A stretch of DNA of 64,000 bases from Candidatus Angelobacter sp. Gp1-AA117 (GCA_003223515.1 QHVI01000026.1:18345-82344); one strand, 5' to 3'. Positions 10,224 to 20,341 are shown, counted from the first letter of the stretch. The notes: generated from the sequence alone by a model not told the origin. Numbers and translations: made by a program.

Positions 10224-10574
10224 CTACCCTGAGTGGTGCTTTCCTTCCACCGGCAGCCCAGCTTCCACCCAGCCCTGCTTTCCTTCCGAGTAATCCCTGA
10301 CATTGGTGTATCCCATGGCCGCCAGTTCACGGGCGGCGTTCTCTGAGGCGTGTCAGGTGAGCTTGGCGCAGTAAACCACAATGTCGGCGTTCTTGTCCGG
10401 CAGCAGTTGCGGCGCAAGTTCGCGCACTTTATCCGGCGGCAGGTTGACTGCGCCGGGAAGATGCGAGTGGTTGTAGTATTCCGGAGCCAGCGTCTCCATC
10501 AGGCGGAAGTTGTCTTTGCGGTCGATCTTCTGTTTCAGTTCGTTTCGATCAATGGTGCGAAGTTGGGTTTCCAT
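10224..10574 (-). CDS. Single-domain rhodanese-like sulfurtransferase with an in-frame TGA (10355-10353): selenocysteine candidate or pseudogene
   Basis: The ORF track stops at ...ADIVVYCAKLT. The same frame continues after the TGA as HASENAARELAAMGYTNVRDYSEGKQGWVEAGLPVEGKHHSG, ending at TAG (10226-10224). This completes a ~116-aa rhodanese fold. The TGA sits where relatives with a YCxxxxC loop have Cys. Confidence 0.6.
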
Positions 10575-10782
10575 GCAAGCGTCTCCAGTTCAGGATTGCA
10601 GAATGCATCTTCTATCATTCACTACGATAATGCGCCAACACAACTATGATGAAAGGCGGACAGAGATTGTTTGTCCGCCTGCTGCTGGCGATGGTGGTCG
10701 TCCTGGAGCTTTTTGCTTCCGGCGAATCCGCCTGTTAACTACTTTGCTACTACCTTTTGCACAGCGTATGCCGCTATGCTGC

Positions 10783-11598
10783 ATGCAGATGGCTGTGCGC
10801 ATGACAGTGTTGGCTAGCGGGAGCCGCGGAAACTGCACCGTGGTTTCCAGTTCCCAGGGCAGCATCCTGGTGGATGCCGGACTCTCCTGCCGTGAAACCA
10901 TCAGGCGCATGCGCGCCGCGGGTGAAGATCCGCACCAGCTCCAGGCAATCGTGATCTCCCATGAGCACGCGGACCACGTAGGCGGACTTCAGGTGCTGGC
11001 CCAGAAGCTGAAGCTTCCCATTTACATGACCGGCGCCACCTATCAGAGCTGGCGCAGGTGGGCACGCGACAAGGAAGGGAAGCCCGCCAAACTGGAGCGC
11101 GTGGAATACTTCGAGGCAGGGCGCTCCTTTTCCATCAACGACATCACGATCGTGCCTTTCACTATCCCCCATGATGCCGCTGACCCGTGCGGCTTCACCT
11201 TCAAGGCCGATGGCGTGAAGATCGGAATCGTCACCGACCTGGGTTGCATGACCGCCAATATCAAAGACAACCTGCGCCGCTGTGACGGGCTGATGATCGA
11301 GTCGAACCATGACCTGGAGATGCTGCGCAACGGCCCTTACCCCTGGATGATCAAGCAGCGGGTGATGAGCCGGGTAGGCCACCTCTCAAATTCCGCCCTC
11401 GCGGAATTCTTTCAAACGGACTATGATGGAAACGCCGCATTCCTCGTACTGGCGCATCTCTCCGAGCAAAACAATCACCCGGAGCTTGCCCGCGAGACGG
11501 CGTATCGGGCCCTTGGCGCACGGATGAATCTGTTCCAGTCCAGCGCGCTCATGCTCGCGCAGCAGGACACGCCGTTGCCGCCGCTTTACCTCGGGTAA
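10783..11598 (+). CDS. MBL-fold metallo-hydrolase
   Basis: HxHxDH motif ISHEHADHVGG; N-terminal MTVLASGSRGNCTVV typical of YycJ/PhnP-like MBL proteins. The ORF-track start (10510) overlaps the rhodanese gene. ATGs at 10783, 10789 or 10801 are more plausible. Confidence 0.75.
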   Translation: MQMAVRMTVLASGSRGNCTVVSSSQGSILVDAGLSCRETIRRMRAAGEDPHQLQAIVISHEHADHVGGLQVLAQKLKLPIYMTGATYQSWRRWARDKEGKPAKLERVEYFEAGRSFSINDITIVPFTIPHDAADPCGFTFKADGVKIGIVTDLGCMTANIKDNLRRCDGLMIESNHDLEMLRNGPYPWMIKQRVMSRVGHLSNSALAEFFQTDYDGNAAFLVLAHLSEQNNHPELARETAYRALGARMNLFQSSALMLAQQDTPLPPLYLG

Positions 11599-11669
11599 CA
11601 GGGAATTTCGAGGTGGTATTTTCCCGGGATAGGGGCTATGGTATCGGGCAACAACGAATCTGGTGGAAG

Positions 11670-12095
11670 ATGAAAACCACATGCAGTGATAAGGTCATCG
11701 GCGACATTCTCGCCGGATGGCGCTATGACATCTCCGGCCTCGCGCCTGAAATGCGCGGCGATTACGAGCAGCACCTGGCCGAGTGTGTCCACTGCCATTC
11801 CCGCCAGGTATTACACCGCACCATCGATATTGTGCTGATGATCGTGGCCACGGTTTCGGCCATCATGTTCCTGGTGGCCTTTGGCGCGGTCCGCCACTAC
11901 TCGCCCCGGCACGCCCTGGTGCTGGAACTGATTGCCCTAGCCGGCTTCCTCTTCTTCAGCATCGTGTGGCTGGTAGTAGCTGTAGCTACGCCCGCTCCTG
12001 TAGTGGTTGCCGACGTGGCACGCATTCAGGCCCGCAAGATTCAGGACCGCCTGCCCCGCGAAATCAGGGAACGGCTGCCGCAGGGATTGAAGTAG
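11670..12095 (+). CDS. Membrane protein with zf-HC2-like (anti-sigma-type) zinc-finger motif
   Basis: MKTTCSDK... with HLAECVHC (H-x3-C-x2-C), followed by two hydrophobic helices. Start chosen at the internal ATG 11670. Confidence 0.5.
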   Translation: MKTTCSDKVIGDILAGWRYDISGLAPEMRGDYEQHLAECVHCHSRQVLHRTIDIVLMIVATVSAIMFLVAFGAVRHYSPRHALVLELIALAGFLFFSIVWLVVAVATPAPVVVADVARIQARKIQDRLPREIRERLPQGLK

Positions 12096-12185
12096 CTTCC
12101 AGCTCCTGGCTGCTAGGTTTTTCAATTACCACTTACCAATTTACCCATTTATCAAATTATTTCATCGGAATCTACAAGGGCATCG

Positions 12186-13121
12186 CTAGATTTCGAGTGT
12201 CCCGATCAGGTCTGTGATCCGCGCCACGCGGTGTTCGGCGCACCAGCGGGCTACGCCATCCACAATCTTTTCGGTGGCGCATGGGTCCCATAGGTTGGCC
12301 GTGCCTACCTGGACCGCGGCTGCGCCGGCCAGCATGAATTCAATCACATCCGTGGCGGTGGTGATGCCGCCAATGCCGATCACCGGCAGATCGACCGTGT
12401 GGGCGGCTTCGTAGACCATGCGCAATGCGATTGGCTTGATAGCGGGGCCGCTCAGGCCGGCAGTGATATTGGAGATGCGCGACTTGCGGGTCTCGGCGTC
12501 AATCGCCATCCCCACAAAAGTGTTGACCAGCGAGATGGCGTCGGCGCCGGCATTCTCGGCGGCCTTGGCCATCAGGGGAATGCTGGTTACGTTGGGTGAA
12601 AGTTTCACGATCAGCGGACGGTTCGCTGCCGCTTTACAGCTTGCCACCAGTTCCTCCAGCAGGACGCGGTCGCTGCCAAAGGTGATTCCGCCGTGTTTGG
12701 TGTTAGGGCAGGAGACGTTCAGTTCATAGGCTGCGATTCCCTCGGCCTGATTCAGGATGCGGATGGTGGTTTCATAATCTTCCCGCGTATAGCCGAAAAC
12801 ATTACAGATGATCACCAGGTTTTTCTTGCGGCGCAGCAGCGGCAGCTTTTCTTCCACGAAAGCCTGCGCGCCGATATTCTGCAACCCGATGGAGTTCAAC
12901 ATTCCGGCGGCTGTCTCAAATAAGCGTTGCGGAGGATTGCCCGGCATGGGCTCGCGGGAGAGACCCTTGGTGACAAATCCGCCCAGCTTTTCCAGCGAGA
13001 CGATGTCTTCGAATTCAATTCCGTAACCAAAGGTGCCGCTGGCGGGAATTATCGGATTCTTGAATGTGATCCCGGCAAAGCTTACGCTCAGGTCAGGTTT
13101 TTGTGGAGATATGAATGCCAT
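12186..13121 (-). CDS. pyrD: Dihydroorotate dehydrogenase, class 1 catalytic subunit
   Basis: 311 aa. FKNPIIPASGTFGYG, NVSCPNT (active-site Cys loop), IGIGGI. Confidence 0.9.
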   Translation of the reverse strand: MAFISPQKPDLSVSFAGITFKNPIIPASGTFGYGIEFEDIVSLEKLGGFVTKGLSREPMPGNPPQRLFETAAGMLNSIGLQNIGAQAFVEEKLPLLRRKKNLVIICNVFGYTREDYETTIRILNQAEGIAAYELNVSCPNTKHGGITFGSDRVLLEELVASCKAAANRPLIVKLSPNVTSIPLMAKAAENAGADAISLVNTFVGMAIDAETRKSRISNITAGLSGPAIKPIALRMVYEAAHTVDLPVIGIGGITTATDVIEFMLAGAAAVQVGTANLWDPCATEKIVDGVARWCAEHRVARITDLIGTLEI

Positions 13122-13170
13122 GCTGTGGTCTTAGTGTAAATGTTCGGCATGTTGAATTCACCGCGAGGAA

Positions 13171-13244
13171 GTAAATAGCAATTAGCAAATAGCCAAACCC
13201 AAGAGCCAAGAGCCAAAAGCCAAAAGCTAATTGCTAATTGCTTT
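13171..13244. repeat. AGCCAAR-type oligonucleotide array flanked by inverted ATTAGC words
   Basis: TAAATAGCAATTAGCAAATAGCC-AAACCCAAGAGCCAAGAGCCAAAAGCCAAAAGC-TAATTGCTAATTGC. The flanks are reverse complements of each other. Confidence 0.75.
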
Positions 13245-13263
13245 TCTGTTAGATTAAATATTC

Positions 13264-14550
13264 ATGCTTGATCTCGCATTCGTCAGAGAAAATCTTGGAA
13301 CCGTGGAAGAGATGCTGCGCCGCCGGGGGCAGGACCCGGCGCAGGTGCTGGGGGATTTCCGCGCCATTGATGAGCGCCGCCGCCAGTTGATCCATCAGGC
13401 TGAGACCCTGAAGGCCGAGCGCAACCGCAAGTCGGAAGAGATTGCCAAGCTGAAAAAATCCGGCCAGGACACCACCGCTCTCATGGAGAGCAGCAAGTCC
13501 CTGCGTGAACAGGGTGATGCGCTGGAGAAGCAGGCCGGCGAAGCCGAGCAGGAGATGCGCGGCATCCTGGCGGGTATCCCCAATGTTCCGCATGAATCTG
13601 TTCCCACCGGCAAATCTGCTGAAGAGAACACCGAGGTGCGCCGCTGGGGAGCGCCGCGCGCATTTGAATTTACTCCCAAACCGCACTGGGAACTGGGGGA
13701 ACAACTCGGCATTCTCGATCTGGAGCGTGCGGTAAAGCTCTCAGGGGCGCGCTTCGCCGTGTATTGGGACCTGGGCGCGAAGCTGGAGCGCGCGCTGGCC
13801 AATTTCATGCTTGACCTGCACACCCGCGAGCACGGATACACAGAAGTGCTGCCGCCGTACATGGTGAATTCACAATCGATGTACGGCACCGGGCAGCTTC
13901 CCAAGTTTGCCCAGGACCTCTTCAAGTGCGAGCAGCACGACCTGTGGCTGATCCCTACCGCCGAGGTTCCGCTCACTAATCTGTATCGTGACGATGTGCT
14001 TGAACCGGCGCGCCTGCCGCTCTCGGTAACTGCTTACACGCCGTGCTTCCGCAGCGAAGCCGGTTCTTATGGCAAAGACGTACGCGGCATCATCCGCCAG
14101 CACCAGTTCCAGAAGGTCGAATTGGTGAAGTTCACCCGTCCGCAGGAATCTTATGAGCAGCATGAGCGGCTGACACACGATGCGGAAATGGTGTTGCAGA
14201 AGCTGGGATTGCCGTACCGTGTCATGCTGCTTTGCACCGGTGACATGAGCGCCGCTTCAGCCAGGACCTATGATCTGGAAGTGTGGCTGCCGGGGCAGAA
14301 GCTCTTCCGCGAAATTTCTTCCTGCTCCAATTTCGAGTCTTACCAGGCGCGCCGGGCCAATATCCGCTGGCGTCCGGAGGGCGGCAGGAAAACCGAGTTT
14401 GTGCACACGCTGAACGGCAGCGGCCTGGCCATTGGACGCACGTGGCTGGCGATTCTCGAGAACTACCAGCAGGCGGATGGCAGTGTGGTGATTCCTGAAG
14501 CGTTGCGGCCGTACATGAATGCCGAACGGATCACGCCGAAGAAATTCTGA
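13264..14550 (+). CDS. serS: Seryl-tRNA synthetase
   Basis: 428 aa. N-terminal coiled-coil arm, class II motifs ([42 protein letters not shown]). Confidence 0.95.
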   Translation: MLDLAFVRENLGTVEEMLRRRGQDPAQVLGDFRAIDERRRQLIHQAETLKAERNRKSEEIAKLKKSGQDTTALMESSKSLREQGDALEKQAGEAEQEMRGILAGIPNVPHESVPTGKSAEENTEVRRWGAPRAFEFTPKPHWELGEQLGILDLERAVKLSGARFAVYWDLGAKLERALANFMLDLHTREHGYTEVLPPYMVNSQSMYGTGQLPKFAQDLFKCEQHDLWLIPTAEVPLTNLYRDDVLEPARLPLSVTAYTPCFRSEAGSYGKDVRGIIRQHQFQKVELVKFTRPQESYEQHERLTHDAEMVLQKLGLPYRVMLLCTGDMSAASARTYDLEVWLPGQKLFREISSCSNFESYQARRANIRWRPEGGRKTEFVHTLNGSGLAIGRTWLAILENYQQADGSVVIPEALRPYMNAERITPKKF

Positions 14551-14766
14551 AAGAAGTATTCAGCACTCAGCCCTTCAACATTTTCGTGATCTTGGTGATC
14601 GTAGATGAAGAAGCCGCGAATTCGCGCCAACTCCCGGTATTCGCGTGCGTTCGCGGCGAACTCTTCCGCATCACGGAAATGGTCAGGGGCTGAATGCTGA
14701 GTGCTGACGGCTGAATGCTCCCCCTGCATTGCTTTGTCCCTCGGGGAAATTTAAACTGGTTATGAC

Positions 14767-15135
14767 ATGGCACGCGTTTGGCGAACAATCAAGGGCTATC
14801 TTTTCTGGACTTATGACCGTGGCAGTTTTCATTATGACGTGATGGTCACGGTTATCCTGCTGTTCATCTTCATCTCGCCTCATTACATCGATTTTAAAGA
14901 CCAACCAGCAGAGCACCTGCCGCATCCAACTGGAATAACGATTACTCCGCAGGGAAATGACTTCGTGTACGAAGTGGCAGCGCCTATTGTGGATGCCCAG
15001 GATGAGGCCATGGTGCGCGCGAATCTGTTGCGCGTCATCGAGCCAATCTCCGGCAAGGTCACGCTGGTGAAAGCCGATCCTGTCCGCGACAGTTCGGGCC
15101 ACATCATTTCCTACCGGGCCGTGGTCCGGAAATAG
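14767..15135 (+). CDS. Hypothetical membrane-anchored protein
   Basis: 122 aa with one TM (VMVTVILLFIFISP). Same strand as, and 22 nt upstream of, the LolA-like gene. Confidence 0.45.
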   Translation: MARVWRTIKGYLFWTYDRGSFHYDVMVTVILLFIFISPHYIDFKDQPAEHLPHPTGITITPQGNDFVYEVAAPIVDAQDEAMVRANLLRVIEPISGKVTLVKADPVRDSSGHIISYRAVVRK

Positions 15136-15156
15136 CGTGAAGCAAGGCAGGTAGAC

Positions 15157-15852
15157 ATGAAACACCTTCTGCTGGTCGCAGCAGTCCTGATATCCATGTG
15201 CGCTTTTGCGCAAAAGCCCGGCACTGCCAACGAGGGTGACCTTGAGCCCGTACTTTCAAAGATGGATCAGGCCTCCGCCGGCTTCAAGTCTGCGCAGGCC
15301 AGCTTTCAGTGGGACCAGTACCAGCAGATGGTCAACGAGACCGACGTGCAGAAAGGCACGGTACATTTCCGCCGGAACAACAAAGGCATAGACGCAGCTT
15401 TCGACATCACCTCCCCGGCGCCCAAAGTTATCCTGTTTACGAGCAAAGACGGAAAACTGCGCATTTACGAACCGAGAATCGACCAGGTAACCGAGCGGGA
15501 TGTAACAAAAAACAAGTCTGATGTAGAAGCGATAATGAGCCTGGGGTTCGGCGGGCGCGGCCACGATTTGCCGCGAAGCTACCAAGTCAAGATGAATGGC
15601 TGGGAGACTGTTGATAACGTCAAGACTGCCAAACTTGAGCTGATTCCCAAGGACAATAAGTTCCGCAATGTGGTGAGCCGGATCCTGCTGTGGATCGATC
15701 CGGAGCGGGACATTTCATTGAAGCAGCAATTCTTTGAGCCTTCCGGCGACTACCGCCTGGCCCACTACACCGGCATCAAGCTCAACGAGAAGATTCCGGA
15801 TAATGCATTCAGGCTCAAGACATCGAGCAAAACAAAAGTAGTGACACCGTAA
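15157..15852 (+). CDS. LolA-like outer-membrane lipoprotein carrier/sorting family protein
   Basis: 231 aa. Signal peptide MKHLLLVAAVLISMCAFA, then a LolA-like pattern (LSKMDQASAGFKS..A.F.......ETDVQKGTVHFRR). Confidence 0.6.
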   Translation: MKHLLLVAAVLISMCAFAQKPGTANEGDLEPVLSKMDQASAGFKSAQASFQWDQYQQMVNETDVQKGTVHFRRNNKGIDAAFDITSPAPKVILFTSKDGKLRIYEPRIDQVTERDVTKNKSDVEAIMSLGFGGRGHDLPRSYQVKMNGWETVDNVKTAKLELIPKDNKFRNVVSRILLWIDPERDISLKQQFFEPSGDYRLAHYTGIKLNEKIPDNAFRLKTSSKTKVVTP

Positions 15853-16169
15853 AAGCAAATGGCCGCCGCAAAATAGCAATTAGCTCCTGGCCTTTGACCT
15901 GCCGGTTAACCCATACAGCGCGTCACGAGATGTTGCGCGTTCATCCATGCACTTCAATTTGTATTCATAAATCTCATCTGTGTGATGCGTGTTTAGTTTT
16001 TTGGATTTTTAGCGTCAATCAGCGTTCATCAGCGGCAAAATCTCATGCTGCGGTCAGAGATGAAGCCACAGGATAAACAGCGAAGCAGCGCGAATTTGCT
16101 TCCATCGCCATGGCTGTGTCACCTACAATTGCAACAGATAAGCGCCGAGCTGCGTCTGAATAAAGACGG

Positions 16170-16427
16170 TTGAAAAAGGGTGTCCCGATGGCAAAGGTAT
16201 TTACGATTCCCGTAGTTCCTGATCTCTCCCGCCGCCGCAAGGGGAAACGCAGTTCCGATCCGCGCTATATCGAAGGCCAGCGCCTGCTGGTGGAAGCGAT
16301 GAAGTATCTGGCGCAGCAGGATCCAGAGCAGAACAAGGATGCGGTCATGCTGCTTTCGGAACATTTCCGCACACGCTTCCGCATGACCGATCGCCCTGAG
16401 GAATTCGTGGGCAATCCCAGTCTCTAA
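16170..16427 (+). CDS. Hypothetical small basic protein
   Basis: 85-aa ORF with no recognised family. Coding status uncertain. Confidence 0.3.
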   Translation: MKKGVPMAKVFTIPVVPDLSRRRKGKRSSDPRYIEGQRLLVEAMKYLAQQDPEQNKDAVMLLSEHFRTRFRMTDRPEEFVGNPSL

Positions 16428-16643
16428 GAAAAACCTAATATATCGCAATAAGATTCTCCCAATTTCCGGATTTCGGAAGGTTTAAACCTTCTGAAATTGG
16501 AATTTTCCTGCGCTGTCTTCGTCTAAGTTGTTGATTATTAAGGAAAAGATTCGGAAGGCGAATTGCATTTAAAACTGCTGACAGTGCAGGAGCGCTCTTT
16601 ATGACCTGCATTTGTGCACTTCTCAAATAAACGGAGATAGAGG

Positions 16644-19600
16644 ATGAATCGTAAACTGCGCGACATAATAGTTTTGATCGCCATCAGCCTGGCGTTGGTA
16701 TGGTGCATCCCGGCCATGGGGCAGGTCCTGAAAGGTTCCCTTTCAGGAACAGTGACTGATCCCCAGGGTGCGGTTGTATCTGGCGCCACGGTGAAGGTGA
16801 CTGAGACCGCGACAGGAGCTGTGCGTCAAACCACCAGTGACAGCTCCGGTCTGTTCCGAGTTAACTTGATCCCGGTAGGCAATTACAAAGTGGAGGTCAG
16901 CGCCCAGGGCTTTAAGACTGCGGTGCAGAATGATGTGATTGTGTCTGCCGGCCGCGATAGTGGTTTAGGCTCCGTGAAGTTAACGGTAGGCGAAACCAGC
17001 ACCACAGTAGAAGTTGCAGCCGAAGCTCCACTTATTGAAACCAGCCAGTCACAGGTGACCAACACCTTCTCCGGCACCCAGCTCACGACCTTTGCCGGCG
17101 TGCAGGAAAACCAGGGTCTCGATAACCTGGCCCTGTTCGTTCCCGGTGTGAGCGCTGCCCGTGACAACGGTTTCTCCAATACCAATGGCGGCACCGGATT
17201 TTCGGTCAACGGCCTGCGTGGACGCAATAACGACCAGCAGATCGATGGACAGAACAACAACGACAACAGCGTAGGCGGGCCCTCACTGTTCGTCAGCGAT
17301 ACAGAGTTCGTTCAGCAGTATGTTCTGGTCACAAATCAGTTTGGTCCTGAATACGGACGCAACGCCGGTTCCGTGGTCAACGTGATCACCAAGTCAGGAA
17401 CCAACAACTTTCATGGCAGCCTGTACGGAAGCGAAAATAACTCCGTGCTGAATGCTATGGGCAACCAGACGAAGAACTTTACTTTCGTCAACGGCCAGCG
17501 CCTCAGTGAGCCGCCACGGCTCAATGATGAGTTCGGCGGCTTCACTATCGGTGGCCCCATTGCCAAGAACAAGCTGTTCTTCTTTGGCGGCTTCGATCAG
17601 GAGATCATCAACACCACTACTCCGATCACCACCGATACTGCCTCTCCGACTCCTGCCGGCCTGGCGCAACTGAACGGTTGCTTCCCCGGCAGCAGCACTC
17701 TGGCAACCTGGAACAAGTTCGGACCATATGCCATCAGCAGCGGAAATCCGATTCCCAGCCCGCTGCCGACCGACCCGGCGAATCCCGCCACCAGAAGCTT
17801 CCTGAACATCAACGTAGGAAGCTGCTCGAAGGTTCAGTTCGGCGGCGTCACCCGTTTTGTTCCGCAGCCCACTCATAACTTCAACTTCATTAACAAAGTT
17901 GACTGGCAGTTGGGCAGCGATATTATTACTGCCCGCTATATTTTCAATCGCGGCAACAACTTCAACCTCGACTTCGGCGATGCCGCTGCCGGTTACCCGG
18001 TAAGCGTCCCGGCATTGAGCCAGGCCGTCCTGGTAAGCTGGACTCATAACCTCAGCAGCCACATGGTGAATGAGGCGCGCGTTTCCTATGGCCGCCTGAA
18101 TGTGGACTTTGGCGGCAACACCTTCGGCACCGTTCCCGTTGGCAGTCAGCTTGACCAGGGACTTGCCCAGGTTCTGTTCCGCCTGCCCACCTGCAGCTTC
18201 AGCGGTGCGTTCCCGTGCCTCGGATTCACCTCTATCGGCAGCGCCACCAACCTGCCTCAGTTCCGCTTCGTGAACACCTGGCAGGGACAGGACAACTGGA
18301 ACTACGTTCTCGGCAAACACACCTTGAAGGCCGGCGTGAACTACACTTACCAGCGCTCGCCCAACGGCTTCCTGCCCAACGTCAACGGCCAGTACCGCTT
18401 CGATGGCTGGAATAATCCCGCCTCTCTTTCAAGCTCCAGCTTCATCGGCAATCGCCCCAACCGCATCCGCGTTGCTGAAGGTCCAACTGGACTGGATTTC
18501 CGCGAGCATGACACCTTCCTGTACGGTGGCGATGACTGGAAAGTCAGCCAGTCCCTCACCCTGAACCTGGGCCTGACCTGGTCGTACTATGGCCAGCCGG
18601 CGAACCTGTTCAATAGCATCACCACCACCCGTGAAAGCAATCCGGCGACGGCGTTCTGGAATCCGGCTCTGCCGCTTTCCGTGCGTACCTTCCCGACCTT
18701 CCCCTCGCCCAAGAACAGCTTTGGCCCGAGCCTGGGTTTTGCTTATTCACCGCAGTGGGGTGGTTTCCTCACCGGCAACGGCAAGACCGTGATCCGCGGC
18801 GGCTATCGCCTGCTCTATGATCCGCCGTTCTACAACATCTACAGCAACATGGCCACCGCTGCTCCTGAAGTCTTCCTGCAGACCTTCGCTGGAAGCGCAG
18901 CTCGCAGCAAACCCATGCCGGCCGTTCCTCTCGGACCCAATGTGCGCAATTCTCTGTCCGCTGCATTGACTCCGGGAACGCTCGATCCTCGTACTCTGAA
19001 CGCGACCACCCTTACGCCCAATTTCGGGCCTGACAAAGTCAATGCCTGGGTACTCGGTATTGAGCGTGAGGTCACCAAGAATTCCGCCATTGAGGTGCGT
19101 TACTCCGGAAACCGGGCTTACAATCTGTTCCAGACCGTGAATGGAAATCCGTTCGTCGCTGATCTGAAACAGGACTTCCCCAACCTGGTTCCCTCTAACA
19201 TCACGCCCTGCGCTACCACGCAGCAGGTAGGACCCGGTGCAGGCACTGACGTGGGCCGTGTAAATTGCGGCCCTGGCGTAGTGCGCACGCGCAGCAACTC
19301 CGGCTACTCCTATTACAACGGTGTGCAGGTGGAGTACCGGGCCAACAACTTGTTCAAACAGTTGACCGTGAGGACCGGTTACACCTTCAGCAAGAACCTG
19401 GACAACGTCTCCGAAATTTTCAGCACCTTCGGTGGTGGAAACTCGGTAGCTTTTGCCCAGAATCCTCTGAACACCGGCAGGGGAGAGTACTCGTTCTCTG
19501 GACTGGATTATCCGCACACCTGGACGGCATTGTTCACCGAGCAACTGCCCTTCTTTAAGGAGCAGCACGGCCTGATCGGACACCTGCTCGGCGGCTGGAC

Positions 19601-20285
19601 CATGTCTGGAAACTATATCCTCCAGTCCGGCCAGCGGTACACGCCAGTGCAGTTGGGTTCGGCCTTCCTGCTGTCTTGCAGCGGAACACCGAGCACCTGT
19701 ACGGGCAGCTCCAACGGCAATTACTACGATGCGAGCTGGATCGGCGCTTTCAACGGTGTTGATATTGCCCGCCCGTTCTTCGGCAACGTGAATGCCCCGT
19801 TTAACACTGTGGGCATGTTTGCTGGAGATGCCTGCAACTTCTTCGCATTGACAGGTGCGGAACCCGTCTGCAATATCAATCCAAACACCATCATCAGTGT
19901 CAATGCGCTGAACCAGGGCCAGGGCATCACTGCCGGCACTACCCCTGTGAGCGTGACCCGGAACGATGTTCATTTCATCGTGAACAGCGGACAATCGCAG
20001 TCGCTTTTCGGCACGCCCTTCGGCAACGTACCGCGCAACATCGGTCAGGACGCCATCACGAATACTGGCAACTTCTCCGTCTACAAGAAGATCAAGCTGA
20101 CGGAGCGGGCCTCGTTCGAATTCCGCTCGACCATGTTGAATGTGTTTAACCACTTCAACTTCAACAGCGTTGACCCGTTTGTGGAAGACGCCGGCAACCG
20201 GTCATCCTTTAGCGGATTCGCCGATCCAAGCCTCACTGGAGCTCCTGGACGCAGAATCCTCTTCGGTGGAAAGATTACGTTCTAA
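16644..20285 (+). CDS. TonB-dependent receptor-like outer-membrane protein with CarboxypepD_reg-like N-domain
   Basis: 1213 aa. Signal peptide, GSLSGTVTDPQGAVVSGATVKV (carboxypeptidase-regulatory-like fold), plug-like NGLRGRNNDQQIDGQNNND, long beta-barrel ending in GGKITF. Confidence 0.9.
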   Translation: MNRKLRDIIVLIAISLALVWCIPAMGQVLKGSLSGTVTDPQGAVVSGATVKVTETATGAVRQTTSDSSGLFRVNLIPVGNYKVEVSAQGFKTAVQNDVIVSAGRDSGLGSVKLTVGETSTTVEVAAEAPLIETSQSQVTNTFSGTQLTTFAGVQENQGLDNLALFVPGVSAARDNGFSNTNGGTGFSVNGLRGRNNDQQIDGQNNNDNSVGGPSLFVSDTEFVQQYVLVTNQFGPEYGRNAGSVVNVITKSGTNNFHGSLYGSENNSVLNAMGNQTKNFTFVNGQRLSEPPRLNDEFGGFTIGGPIAKNKLFFFGGFDQEIINTTTPITTDTASPTPAGLAQLNGCFPGSSTLATWNKFGPYAISSGNPIPSPLPTDPANPATRSFLNINVGSCSKVQFGGVTRFVPQPTHNFNFINKVDWQLGSDIITARYIFNRGNNFNLDFGDAAAGYPVSVPALSQAVLVSWTHNLSSHMVNEARVSYGRLNVDFGGNTFGTVPVGSQLDQGLAQVLFRLPTCSFSGAFPCLGFTSIGSATNLPQFRFVNTWQGQDNWNYVLGKHTLKAGVNYTYQRSPNGFLPNVNGQYRFDGWNNPASLSSSSFIGNRPNRIRVAEGPTGLDFREHDTFLYGGDDWKVSQSLTLNLGLTWSYYGQPANLFNSITTTRESNPATAFWNPALPLSVRTFPTFPSPKNSFGPSLGFAYSPQWGGFLTGNGKTVIRGGYRLLYDPPFYNIYSNMATAAPEVFLQTFAGSAARSKPMPAVPLGPNVRNSLSAALTPGTLDPRTLNATTLTPNFGPDKVNAWVLGIEREVTKNSAIEVRYSGNRAYNLFQTVNGNPFVADLKQDFPNLVPSNITPCATTQQVGPGAGTDVGRVNCGPGVVRTRSNSGYSYYNGVQVEYRANNLFKQLTVRTGYTFSKNLDNVSEIFSTFGGGNSVAFAQNPLNTGRGEYSFSGLDYPHTWTALFTEQLPFFKEQHGLIGHLLGGWTMSGNYILQSGQRYTPVQLGSAFLLSCSGTPSTCTGSSNGNYYDASWIGAFNGVDIARPFFGNVNAPFNTVGMFAGDACNFFALTGAEPVCNINPNTIISVNALNQGQGITAGTTPVSVTRNDVHFIVNSGQSQSLFGTPFGNVPRNIGQDAITNTGNFSVYKKIKLTERASFEFRSTMLNVFNHFNFNSVDPFVEDAGNRSSFSGFADPSLTGAPGRRILFGGKITF

Positions 20286-20310
20286 CTGAACTGAATCTGA
20301 AGTCCTTTCA

Positions 20311-20341
20311 GCCCGCCAGCCTTTGCTGGCGGGCTTTTTTT
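20311..20341 (+). terminator. Rho-independent terminator
   Basis: GCCCGCCAGC-CTTT-GCTGGCGGGC followed by TTTTTTT. Confidence 0.85.

Noticed and set aside
10510-10782. ORF-track start of the MBL-fold hydrolase at 10510.
   Set aside because: It would overlap the 5' end of the divergent rhodanese gene by 65 nt and add ~90 residues with no MBL similarity. The conserved N-terminus MTVLASGSRGN begins near 10801.
16497-16511. Sigma54-like promoter strings TTGGAATTTTCCTGC (16497-16511) and TTGGCCTTTCTTTGCC (41131-41146), considered because an NtrC-type regulator is encoded in the window.
   Set aside because: In both, the GG and GC dinucleotides are separated by 9 nt instead of the canonical 10, and the TGGCAC / TTGCW flanks match poorly.
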